Counted from the first letter of the stretch, positions 10,385 through 19,467 are shown. The stretch is DNA of 64,000 nt from an uncultured bacterium (GCA_965370555.1 CBDUVB010000008.1:3257-67256); one strand, 5' to 3'. Numbers and translations are program-made. The notes: generated by a model not told the origin, from the letters alone.

Positions 10385-11302
10385 CTACTCCTCTCCGGAA
10401 TACACTCGGCCTAAAGCCCCCGGCGCAGCGAAACGCCGCGCGCCGCCCCAGACCAACAGAACGCCCAGCGTCAGCACATACGGGATCATGTTGAGCAGGA
10501 AGGGGGAGATAGATGATCCCTGTGCTTGCAGCTGGAGCTGCAGCGTCACAGCTCCACCGAACAGCATTGCCCCGACAATTGCGCGCAGCGGATGCCACTT
10601 GGAGAAGATCACGAGCGCGACGGCAATGAACCCTCTTCCGCCTGACATCCCCTCGCTCCAGGTCCGCGCCAGCGCTACAGACAGGTGCGCTCCTGCGATA
10701 CCCCCCAGGAGGCCGCACATCAGTGCTGCTTGATATTTCAACAATGAGATCCGCCGTCCTGCAGCGAAGGCTGCAGACGGACTTTCGCCCACCGCTCGCA
10801 GGCTCAAGCCCCACCGTGTTCGGAAAAGAATCCACCACACGAGAACCGCTACAGGGACCGCGAAGTAGACCAGCAAGTCGTAGCTGAACATCGTCTTGGT
10901 TGCCCACGGGAACGCGGAGATTCCGGGAATCTGATATCGAACAAGCCCCTTGCTGCCGCCACCGACGTATGCCCTTCCGATCATTGCACTGACACCCATG
11001 CCGAGGAACATGACAGCCAGGCCACTGGCCAGTTGGTTCGCTCTGCGATTCACGACCAAGAATGCATATACGAGATTGAATAGGGCGCCGGCGATCGCCG
11101 CAGCTATTATTCCGACCCACGGATTTCCTGTCTCGACAGACACCGCAAACCCGACTGATGCGCCGATGAGCAGAATACCTTCCAGTCCCAGATTGACCAT
11201 CCCTGCTCTCTGCCCGATCACTTCACCCAAGGTAGCGTACAGGAGAGGAACGCCATACATGATCGTGCCCGATAATACTCCGCGAATGAGAGCCCACGTC
11301 AT
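10385..11302 (-). CDS. nucleoside-type ABC transporter permease
   Basis: RAGMVNLGLEG, LRAVGESP, GRGFIAVALVIF. Confidence 0.9.
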   Translation of the reverse strand: MTWALIRGVLSGTIMYGVPLLYATLGEVIGQRAGMVNLGLEGILLIGASVGFAVSVETGNPWVGIIAAAIAGALFNLVYAFLVVNRRANQLASGLAVMFLGMGVSAMIGRAYVGGGSKGLVRYQIPGISAFPWATKTMFSYDLLVYFAVPVAVLVWWILFRTRWGLSLRAVGESPSAAFAAGRRISLLKYQAALMCGLLGGIAGAHLSVALARTWSEGMSGGRGFIAVALVIFSKWHPLRAIVGAMLFGGAVTLQLQLQAQGSSISPFLLNMIPYVLTLGVLLVWGGARRFAAPGALGRVYSGEE

Positions 11303-12369
11303 GATTTCCTCCTCAGGGCGTTCCATGAAAGCCTTGGCTTCGCCAAAACCACAAACAGGATGATGGCCATTAGAACGTTGATCGCAGCGAAGGGCACACC
11401 CTGCGTGATCTGGAGTAGCGATCCCCCGGAGAAGACGATGGCCAGAACGAACGACATCGTCAGAATACCTACAGGGCTTCCTCCGGAGAGCCAGCTGATC
11501 AGAAATCCGATGAAGCCATATCCAGGTGAGAAGCCGGCTCGCAATCGCCCGTGGAGTGCTGACACCTCCGCCATCCCCGCCAAGCCGGCGATCCCTCCGG
11601 CAATGAACATGACAATAACTATGTAGAGCCCTAAACGAATCCCCACCCTCCGTGCGGCCTCAGAATTCCCGCCAATCGCACGCATCTTCAAGCCCCACTT
11701 CGTTCGTTCCATCACGAACCAGAAGACAAACAGAACCACGAGCGCGAGAATAATCCCCAGGTGAACGCGTGTGTCAAAGAAACGCGGAAGTCGAGCGGCA
11801 TCGGGAAACGCTACAGACTGAGGAAACGCCGAAGATCCCGGCTCTCGGGATCGCCACGCCCCGTAGACGAACAATCCAACGATCAGCGGCGCGACGTAGT
11901 TCATGAGGAGCGTCGTAATCGTCTCGTTCACCAGGCCGCGCGCGCGGAAGAACCCGGCAATCGCAGCCCAGGCTCCTCCACCCACGAATCCCAATACAAT
12001 GAGAAATGGGACGAAGATCGCTTGCGGTAATCCAGTGAATGTGATGGCGCCCCACGTCGCGAGCCATGCCCCCATGTAAAGCTGTCCTTCGCCACCAATG
12101 TTGATAAGACCAAGCCTTGAAGGCAGTGCGACCGCAACCGCTGTGAGCAGCAAGGGTATCATCCTGACAATCACTTCCGAGAAGCCATACCGGGTTCCCA
12201 GCGTGAACGAGAAGGTATCGACGCAGGCCTTGATCGGGTCTTTCCCTGCCAGTAAGAGCACAATGGCATACGCAACAAGCGCGATCGTAAGGATCATTGC
12301 ATACCTTGCTGCGGCAACTGCCCAGCCCTTCCGTACGATTTGAGCAACTCCCTTGAGCGGCCTACTCAT
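11299..12369 (-). CDS. nucleoside-type ABC transporter permease
   Basis: LINIGGEGQ, VNETITTLLMNY, GGIAGLAG. Confidence 0.9.
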   Translation of the reverse strand: MSRPLKGVAQIVRKGWAVAAARYAMILTIALVAYAIVLLLAGKDPIKACVDTFSFTLGTRYGFSEVIVRMIPLLLTAVAVALPSRLGLINIGGEGQLYMGAWLATWGAITFTGLPQAIFVPFLIVLGFVGGGAWAAIAGFFRARGLVNETITTLLMNYVAPLIVGLFVYGAWRSREPGSSAFPQSVAFPDAARLPRFFDTRVHLGIILALVVLFVFWFVMERTKWGLKMRAIGGNSEAARRVGIRLGLYIVIVMFIAGGIAGLAGMAEVSALHGRLRAGFSPGYGFIGFLISWLSGGSPVGILTMSFVLAIVFSGGSLLQITQGVPFAAINVLMAIILFVVLAKPRLSWNALRRKS

Positions 12370-13939
12370 TCGTTCCCCCAGAACCTGTCATGAGGTGCCC
12401 GATCTTGTGCCGGTCGATCTCGTGAGGCAGGAAGTTGCCCACAATCCTCCCTTGGTGGAGCACAATCAAGCGATCGCTGAGGCTGAAGAGCTCATCCAGA
12501 TCCTCGGATACCAGCAACACTCCTCCTCCATTCTCTCTAAGCATGGCGAGAACCCTACGAGCGGCTATGGCACTTCGGACATCAAGCCCTCGTGTCGGAT
12601 AGGAGGCAACAAGCAGCTTGGGCCTTCGTCCAAGCTCTCTGGCTAAGACGACTCGCTGTAGCTGTCCGCCCGACAGGGTGCGCACCGGTACCCAGGGATT
12701 GAGAGCCTCAAAGGACAGCTCCTCGAACGAGGTTCTAATGTCGCGTTGCACGTGATTCCAGTCAAGGGATAGTCCACCGTGCCGCGCATAGGTCTCTACA
12801 TTTCCTAAGGCGGCGTTCTGAGCCACCGTCATCCACGGAACAACACCCATGCCAAGAGGGTCTTCCGGCACGAACCCCACGCCACTTGCTCGAATGTGTC
12901 CGGCGGTCCACGACGTCGCGTCGACTCCCTGCAGCAGCCGTCTTCCGTGGGCACAAGCGATTAGCCCAAGAATGACATCCCCTAGCTCGCGCTGACCGTT
13001 GCCCGATACACCGGCGACCCCCACGATCTCACTGGGGCGGATCTCCAGGCTAATGTCGTCGAGTCGGGTTCCTTCGCCCTCGGCCCGTGTGGTGACGTTT
13101 TGAAGCTCTAAGAGAGGGGTCCCGTCAATCTTACGCTCCCCGGCCACTTGGCGGATCTCTCTTGGCATTGCATCGCCGAACATGAGGGCCACAAGCACCT
13201 CCTCCGTCGCTTCCGAACGAATCAGCGTTCCGGCAATACGCCCGCGCTTCATCACGGTGATCCGATCGGCGCACGCAAGGACTTCACGTAACTTGTGGGT
13301 AATGAACACGATCGCATACCCGTCCTCCTTAAGCCTTTCGAAGATTCGAAAAAGACCTTCGATCTCATGCGGAGCGAGCACTCGGGTCGCTTCATCGAAA
13401 ATGAGAACTCTCGCACGGCCGACCAACAGCTTGAGGACCTCGACCTTCTGCTGATCTCCGATCGCGATATCTCGAACAGGTGAGCGGGGATCGACATCCA
13501 AGTGATACTGCTTCCCCAATTCATCAATCTGCTCGGCGATTCGTCGGCTATCCAGTATTGCAGGTAGATCCGGGAGATAGAGCGCGATGTTCTCCGCCAC
13601 GGTCATCGCCGGAATCAGGGTGAACATCTGAAAGACCATTCCGATCCGAAGCTTGCGGGCGTCCAAAGGAGATCCAATGTGGGCTTCTTCTCCATCTACG
13701 GCGATCGTGCCACTGTCGGCACTGTAGAAGCCATAGAGGATCTTCATGAGCGTGCTCTTTCCCGCGCCGTTTTCGCCGAGGAGGGCATGAACCTCCCCGG
13801 GGAAGAGATCGAGGTCAACCGAGTCGGTTGCGATAACGTTCGGGAACCGCTTGGTGATGCCCCGAAGCGACACGAGCGGAGCCGGTGATTCGGTACCGAG
13901 CTGTTGCGTTGCTGTTGTCATATCGTGCCTACTGGACAT
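12362..13939 (-). CDS. ABC transporter ATP-binding protein (two NBDs, CUT2 type)
   Basis: GENGAGKST, FITHKLREV, LSGGQLQR. Confidence 0.93.
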   Translation of the reverse strand: MSSRHDMTTATQQLGTESPAPLVSLRGITKRFPNVIATDSVDLDLFPGEVHALLGENGAGKSTLMKILYGFYSADSGTIAVDGEEAHIGSPLDARKLRIGMVFQMFTLIPAMTVAENIALYLPDLPAILDSRRIAEQIDELGKQYHLDVDPRSPVRDIAIGDQQKVEVLKLLVGRARVLIFDEATRVLAPHEIEGLFRIFERLKEDGYAIVFITHKLREVLACADRITVMKRGRIAGTLIRSEATEEVLVALMFGDAMPREIRQVAGERKIDGTPLLELQNVTTRAEGEGTRLDDISLEIRPSEIVGVAGVSGNGQRELGDVILGLIACAHGRRLLQGVDATSWTAGHIRASGVGFVPEDPLGMGVVPWMTVAQNAALGNVETYARHGGLSLDWNHVQRDIRTSFEELSFEALNPWVPVRTLSGGQLQRVVLARELGRRPKLLVASYPTRGLDVRSAIAARRVLAMLRENGGGVLLVSEDLDELFSLSDRLIVLHQGRIVGNFLPHEIDRHKIGHLMTGSGGTNE

Positions 13940-14043
13940 GATCCGCCCTGGCAGACGCCACCGACGTGTCCTGAGCCCTGTACGAATGCCTGACAGGGGA
14001 AGCGTGTCTACGTAACAAGATTCGTGCCTCCTATCCCCGAGAC

Positions 14044-14120
14044 ATTATGAAGCCGTTGGTGCCTGTTGTGAATGTCAACTCGCGACAAGGCAACGCGAAC
14101 ATCTTGTCAATAGTTGACAA
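14044..14120 (-). promoter_or_regulatory. sigma70 promoter with two candidate PucR/CdaR-type operator palindromes
   Basis: minus strand TTCACA-N17-CATAAT (14072-14044); ATGT-N9-ACAA at 14072-14088 and TTGTCAA-TAG-TTGACAA at 14104-14120. Confidence 0.55.
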
Positions 14121-14154
14121 ACAGAGGCTATCCCGCAATTGCACTATCGAGAGG

Positions 14155-15885
14155 CTAGTGTGCAGTGGTAGAAGACTCTTCCGAGGGAAGCGCCTCATCC
14201 AGTAGCGGGTGCAAATGCAGGGCTACTTCTATCGCAAGTCGTTTCTGTGGCTCTTCGAAGATGTTCCCAATCAACTGACGGACCCGTTTGAGGCGATAGC
14301 GGAGCGAGTTGTAGTGAATGCCCAACACCCGTGCCGCTTCAGCGTGATTCTGATTACATTCGAGGAATACACGTAGTGTGTCGAGGAGGCGGGCGGTGCT
14401 ATTGCGATCATGTTCCAGTAGAGGGCCCAGCATGTCTATGCAATAGTTTCGTATACCCACATAGGTCTCCGAAACCTGCGCGAAGCGCAGCAGCCCAAGG
14501 TCGTCGTAGTGCGTCACAGCGCTGTTCTTGCCGCCTGCAAGAGCGCGGCCAATTTCGAAACTCTGTCTGGCTTCTTCGTAGGCTTGACGAAACTCCCCTA
14601 TCGCATCAACCTGTCGACTGATGCCAGATGAAACAGTGTATGGAGCATTCTCCGTTTCGATCCGCTCACAGACTTCCCGAAGCATAGACGCGATCGCTTC
14701 CCGCGTTTCAGGGAGCTCCCGTGATGCCATTGGATAGAAGACAATCAGGTGAGGCCCTCTCCGCCAGAAGGAGAGCCCATCTCTATAACTTCGGATGTAT
14801 CGCTGAGCAAGATAGAGACTCGTATCCACATTGCTCTGCTGCCGCCGCTCCCTCGGAGCCAGAAGTTTGTGTGAAGGAACGTCCGATCCTACAAGGAGAA
14901 TGGCAAATGGAGGCTCCAGACGGTGCCCGAGGCTTTCCGATAGCTGCAAGGCACTTATTTGCGAGGCAGCCTGTTCCGAGAGAAGCCCCTCCAGAATCTC
15001 ATTTCGGAACTGCTGCTCGACCTGCCCAATCGATCGCGCCTCCATCATCTTCAGAGCCACGACCGTGGCACCATGCTGGATGGCCATGAGTGCTCTAGCA
15101 TCGACTTTCGAACTGGCGTGCTCCCAGATGATAATGCTTCCAAGCTGAGTAGAGCTCACCTCGACAGGATACACAAGGCTGTGAAGCTCCTTGTCGCCGA
15201 CTTCGACCACCATGTGTTGCGGGGACTGCCCGACCTGATCCGCGACGCTCACTGGCTCGCACTCGGTGCCAAGATAGCTCTCTCCTGTCCGGTCCTCATC
15301 CATAACCTCCAGCGCCATGGACTCCCTCACATTTCCTCCCTGTCCCAAGATGCGACGGAATCGATCCACAATAGATACCGGATGCCCGCTGACCTCGCTG
15401 ATCACCTGCGCAATGTCCGAGTAATCACCGCCTATGAGTACGAGATCCAGGAATCGCCTGAGGATGGTGTCTGACTGCTGCAGCTCGTCTGCTTGTAGAT
15501 CGAGGATCTTCGACGTTAGGGGCTGAATTATGTCCACGAAAGAGACGCGTGGCGGAAGCTCGATAAGCGGAAAGCCCAAACGGTTTGCATCCTCGACCAT
15601 GCACTTGGGCAGTTCATCGATGTATGAATCGGGGGTCACGGCCAATCCCGCTAGCCCTTTCTCGGCAAGCAGAGGAATCAGGGTATCGACTGCAGCTTTG
15701 TCATCGCGCAGCGGGTAGAGGGTTGATACAAGAAGCTCTCCGGGATGCACCCAGTTGACGATGTCAGGTACCTCCATCACATTCACTGACCGGATGACGT
15801 TGTCCAGACCACTCTCGCCAGCTACAACGCGGGCCTCGCGCAAGGGTTCTGCCAGCGTAAGCGCTTCACGAAGGGTTAGCTGCAT
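14155..15885 (-). CDS. PucR-family transcriptional regulator
   Basis: N-terminal PucR domain (VVAGESGLDNVIRSVNVMEVPD), C-terminal HTH IHYNSLRYRLKR. Confidence 0.92.
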   Translation of the reverse strand: MQLTLREALTLAEPLREARVVAGESGLDNVIRSVNVMEVPDIVNWVHPGELLVSTLYPLRDDKAAVDTLIPLLAEKGLAGLAVTPDSYIDELPKCMVEDANRLGFPLIELPPRVSFVDIIQPLTSKILDLQADELQQSDTILRRFLDLVLIGGDYSDIAQVISEVSGHPVSIVDRFRRILGQGGNVRESMALEVMDEDRTGESYLGTECEPVSVADQVGQSPQHMVVEVGDKELHSLVYPVEVSSTQLGSIIIWEHASSKVDARALMAIQHGATVVALKMMEARSIGQVEQQFRNEILEGLLSEQAASQISALQLSESLGHRLEPPFAILLVGSDVPSHKLLAPRERRQQSNVDTSLYLAQRYIRSYRDGLSFWRRGPHLIVFYPMASRELPETREAIASMLREVCERIETENAPYTVSSGISRQVDAIGEFRQAYEEARQSFEIGRALAGGKNSAVTHYDDLGLLRFAQVSETYVGIRNYCIDMLGPLLEHDRNSTARLLDTLRVFLECNQNHAEAARVLGIHYNSLRYRLKRVRQLIGNIFEEPQKRLAIEVALHLHPLLDEALPSEESSTTAH

Positions 15886-16248
15886 CGTGTCCTCCCAAGT
15901 ACCCGATCAGGTCAATTGTCATTATACCACAATCGACTTCACGGACGAACCTAGGAAATCTGGAAAGAATGCTGCGTATAAGCTCCTGCTGGAAAGGCTT
16001 ACTGGAACTTCAGGTGTGTGGTACGAGAAGGGTAGCTGAATGCTGCGATTGGCGCAAATCTATAAACCAAAGACGCAGATCGCCACGAAACGACTAACGA
16101 ACGCGGTATGCAGATTCCATTTATCAAGATCCATTGTCCATCTGTGACGTTTCGCGGAGCATACTCCGCAAGTAATGGACGCTACGCGGCTATTGCTTGT
16201 CGGAGTCAATCTCTGCGGGTTGGATTCCCCGCAGCTTGCTGCGAATGT

Positions 16249-16314
16249 CGTCATTCCGGCGCATGCCGGAATCCAGTGGTTCGTTCCTGGACACCGGCCT
16301 TCGCCGGTGTGACG
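16249..16314. repeat. CGTC-type REP dimer
   Basis: CGTCATTCCGGCGCATGCCGGAATCCAG...CTGGACACCGGCCTTCGCCGGTGTGACG, two inverted hairpins. Confidence 0.75.
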
Positions 16315-16353
16315 TAATGCTATTAATACCCCGACCGCTTGCGGCAGGATAGT

Positions 16354-16713
16354 TTATTGCTCTTGTTCGATCGTCTTTTGCTGCAGAAGTATGTCCACGG
16401 TATCAAGGAGGGCATCGAGTTCTTCTTAGATGATGCCCCACACGATGCGGTCGTCAATGGTGTCATAGCCGTGGACAAGGATGTTTCTGAAGGAGATGAT
16501 GGCACGGTGCTCGGGGATTTGCTGCAAGAGTTCGGGCTCGTCACGTTTGATCCTATTGAGGGACTCTCCGATAATCTCAAGTTTCCGTTCCACCCCGCTT
16601 CGAAGCAGTTCGTCAGAGGAGTAATCTGCGAATGTGCATCCGGCGACAAAAGCCTTGATGGCCCTTCCGGACCGAAGGATGTCGTCCAAGTAGGCAAGAA
16701 GGTCATCCTTCAT
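16354..16713 (-). pseudogene. HepT/DUF86 RNase toxin with premature stop
   Basis: RNILVHGY (RX4HXY) motif; TAA at 16426-16428 followed in frame by EELDALLDTVDILLQQKTIEQEQ*. Confidence 0.8.
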
Positions 16714-16999
16714 AAATGGGAATCCTCTCCTTCAAGACGCGCTCTCTGAAGTATGGGTTTCGGAGACTGGCAGTAGTGAGTAGATCGACCTCGCAACCCA
16801 AGGTGTCTTCCAGTTGGTGGAGAAGACCGAAGAACCGTCTCGCAGGACTACGGTCCGGATCCCTGAACTCGACCAGCAAGTCAACGTCGCTTGTGCCGCT
16901 CGCGGCATCACGAGCGGTCGAGCCAAACACATCAAGTCGCCTGACATCGAACTTGCGGCATGCAGGTAATGAGGCCTTCCTTATGTCTTCAGTATTCAT
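16703..16999 (-). CDS. MNT minimal nucleotidyltransferase antitoxin (MntA-like)
   Basis: VFGSTARD...SDVDLLVEF; overlaps HepT start; TTGATG-N17-AATAAT 6 nt upstream (leaderless-like). Confidence 0.88.
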   Translation of the reverse strand: MNTEDIRKASLPACRKFDVRRLDVFGSTARDAASGTSDVDLLVEFRDPDRSPARRFFGLLHQLEDTLGCEVDLLTTASLRNPYFRERVLKERIPIYEG

Positions 17000-17161
17000 G
17001 TCCAGATTATTGCATTTTCGGGTTTCCTCATCAAGTCAGATCGAACGTACGGCTCACCCTCGGTCCTCACCGTCTCTTTGAACCAGTTGCTCGCCCATCA
17101 CAGACCAAGTTTACCACCGATTGATCTTTGAACTCACATTCACAAACGGATGCTGCTGACG

Positions 17162-17234
17162 ACCGAACGATAAGGTTCAGCCGCACGTAAGGCACGCAGC
17201 CGCCCGGAGCGTTGGCTGGAAGCGATTGTTAGGA
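17162..17234 (-). mobile_element. integron attC site
   Basis: minus strand TCCTAAC-aatcg-cTTCCAGCC...GGCTGAA-ccttatc-GTTCGGT; L boxes pair with one extra base; lies immediately after a stop codon. Confidence 0.8.
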
Positions 17235-17236
17235 AG

Positions 17237-17740
17237 CTACAGGGCAACGTATGTCTCCTCTTCAACCACGTCTCCAGCTTCCGTTTCCCATTTGAGCTTC
17301 ACATCGAACGCCCGAGCGCTTCCGAACGAGAATGCTGCTAGTGCTCCGATCTCACTGCCAGGCGAAATAACAGGGGCAGGAAATTTGTCGTTGTAATCGC
17401 CTTCGACCAGAGGGCTCTTACCTTTGCCATGCGGATGAAGCATGAAAGAGACGTTACGAGCCGGTGCTTCACCAACGTTGCTGACAACGAACTTATGGCT
17501 GTTTCTACCGTGGGGCCTAATAGATATGCGCAGACGCGCTGAATCAACCCGGGGCAGCGGAGATTCAGATCGGCGCGGAGAAGACTCAAGTTGTTCCAAT
17601 TGCCTTTCTGCTAGACGTGCCATTGTTCTCTGAAGATCGAGCTGTTCTTTAGTAGTCCACTGAGATCCTCGCCACGCCTTATACGCGAGAAGCAATGAAC
17701 CACCTGCAATTAGAAGGCTTATCGCTTCAGAGATAGTCAC
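17237..17740 (-). CDS. hypothetical gene-cassette protein with N-terminal TM helix
   Basis: 167-aa ORF bounded by GTTAGGG upstream and TCCTAAC downstream. Confidence 0.7.
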   Translation of the reverse strand: MTISEAISLLIAGGSLLLAYKAWRGSQWTTKEQLDLQRTMARLAERQLEQLESSPRRSESPLPRVDSARLRISIRPHGRNSHKFVVSNVGEAPARNVSFMLHPHGKGKSPLVEGDYNDKFPAPVISPGSEIGALAAFSFGSARAFDVKLKWETEAGDVVEEETYVAL

Positions 17741-17750
17741 TGCGTAAGCC

Positions 17751-17886
17751 CCCTAACCACAGTATGCCCACCGGCTTGCATGGCGTACATCCACTTATCT
17801 GAATGTTTTATAGGGATCATCATAAACCACCTCCACGACTTCACTCATACGACTTATAGCATGTCGGCTGCAGCAAGTTGTTAGGT
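17751..17886 (-). mobile_element. long attC-like element
   Basis: ACCTAAC (contains PIN gene TAA)-aacttg-ctgcagccgac ... tgtg-GTTAGGG. Confidence 0.55.
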
Positions 17887-18312
17887 TTGCCAATAACGGA
17901 CAGTGCACCCATGGGCTTTTGCAGCCTCACTTAAATAGAAATCTGCGGTCAGCAGGGTATACCCGTTATCCACTGCAACTTCAGCAATTAGCGCGTCCAT
18001 CGTATTATTCGCCTTTCCTCCATTTAGGGAATCTAGTTCTGCCTTAATTGCGCTATATACGGCACCATCGCCCAATTTGCATTCGCCGAGTCGCGACACT
18101 CCAAGTATGGTAGTTTCCGTCGGAACTACCTGAGTGATTGTTTTGGCGAACTTAAGAAATAATCTTGCCCTTCGCTCTTCGTCCTTCGTCTTATTTAATT
18201 CATCTATCTGAATGTGCGACATAAGGAATTCTCCGTCGCCAGGTAGGTCCTCTGGCTCAATCAGCCCATCCACAAGCTTGTTAATGATGCACGTGTCAAC
18301 AACGTAGTTCAT
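17881..18312 (-). CDS. PIN-domain protein (gene cassette)
   Basis: MNYVVDTCIIN, IQIDEL, MDALIAEVA, LLTADF PIN acidic motifs. Confidence 0.8.
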   Translation of the reverse strand: MNYVVDTCIINKLVDGLIEPEDLPGDGEFLMSHIQIDELNKTKDEERRARLFLKFAKTITQVVPTETTILGVSRLGECKLGDGAVYSAIKAELDSLNGGKANNTMDALIAEVAVDNGYTLLTADFYLSEAAKAHGCTVRYWQT

Positions 18313-18386
18313 GGTAAATTCCGCATAAACCCCGTGGCCCTGCACTTTTGTAGCGTAAACCGTTAGGTGAGCGCGTGTGGAGACCG

Positions 18387-18499
18387 CCGCAACCACACTC
18401 AACACGACGGCTAGCACGCTTGTCTGAACGTCTTCTATGGATCCGCATAAACCACCTCCAGGACTATACAGCAAGGTCGGCTGCAAAAAGCGGTTAGGC
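18387..18499 (-). mobile_element. attC-like element homologous to 17751-17886
   Basis: GCCTAAC-cgcttt-ttgcagccgac...agtcctggaggtggtttatg...ttcagacaag...tgtgGTTGCGG. Confidence 0.5.
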
Positions 18500-18529
18500 G
18501 GCGGCATCTATACTTCCTCACTTGTGGAT

Positions 18530-19264
18530 TCATTCTCCACCTCTTCCCATCTCTCGGAGATAGTGGAGAATCTTCGCCTCCATGGGAATTCTGTCGTTCG
18601 TTACATAGTAGTTGACATCAAGAAAATCACCGAATGTATTGCTCTCGCCAATTCCGCCTTCGATGACTTCTCCCACTGCTACGTCCAACGGAACGAGCAC
18701 TCTCATCGTCGCATAATCTTCATGCACTTGCATCTCCTCAAGGATTGAATCAAACCTACGGCAAATGTATGAGAAAGCTCTTTCAATGGTCACTTTCTGT
18801 GCACTCGTGAAAGCAACATCATTTCTGGACCGAATCATAAAGAAATACCGCAGCTTGTTGACCTCGCCACCCAATCCTGTCATGACCATTCCAACATTCT
18901 GATCCAGCAGAAAGCCCTCAAGAAACATCCGGCATTCCTGAAGAGCCAATACACTCCAATCCTCCAGTTCTTGCTCTGCCGTTTTCAAGTATCTCTCAAT
19001 GGTTCTATAGGATTCCACTGTGCCTCGATGAGCCAAGATGGCAAGTGTTTCCTTCTTTTCTCCCAGAGGTGTGCCTGGACCGAACAAGCTCTGACTTCTC
19101 GCTGAAATATCTTCCTCCGAATACTGGTCGTAATCAAGTCTGTCCGTATGCTCCAAGTATTCTTGCTGCACGGAGGAATCAACACCTCCTTCAGCTACCG
19201 TCAATCGCTCAGGAATACTCTGTAGGATATCTCGGATTTGCTCATCAATCTCGTTTTTCATCAT
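18530..19264 (-). CDS. conserved hypothetical acidic protein
   Basis: coherent ~244-aa ORF (LALQECRMFLE...TGLGGEVNKLRYFF); followed by attC-like element. Confidence 0.7.
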   Translation of the reverse strand: MMKNEIDEQIRDILQSIPERLTVAEGGVDSSVQQEYLEHTDRLDYDQYSEEDISARSQSLFGPGTPLGEKKETLAILAHRGTVESYRTIERYLKTAEQELEDWSVLALQECRMFLEGFLLDQNVGMVMTGLGGEVNKLRYFFMIRSRNDVAFTSAQKVTIERAFSYICRRFDSILEEMQVHEDYATMRVLVPLDVAVGEVIEGGIGESNTFGDFLDVNYYVTNDRIPMEAKILHYLREMGRGGE

Positions 19265-19467
19265 GCTTCTACCTTCAGCGAGTAATCGCGGCACGCCGAC
19301 GCCTGACACTGATTATACAGTTCCGTATAAGAACCTGGACAACTCTATCTTGCAATATAAGACGCCCGCAGTTGATTTGCAAGAAATGCAATACCACACT
19401 ATTCGCAATGGCTTGCACCCTCTTGCCTGAATGTCTTAGATGGATTCACATAAACCACTTCCATCCC

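Noticed and set aside
14012-14030. sigma54-like motif AGGCACG-N4-TTGT on minus strand
   Set aside because: Lacks the -12 GC, no enhancer-binding protein nearby, and a good sigma70 promoter is present
15900-16230. short ORF fragments upstream of pucR
   Set aside because: Possibly gene debris but no recognisable family or intact start/stop context
17881-18507. 208-aa extended PIN ORF from the track
   Set aside because: The N-terminal 65 aa read through attC-like DNA; the PIN domain starts at ATG 18312
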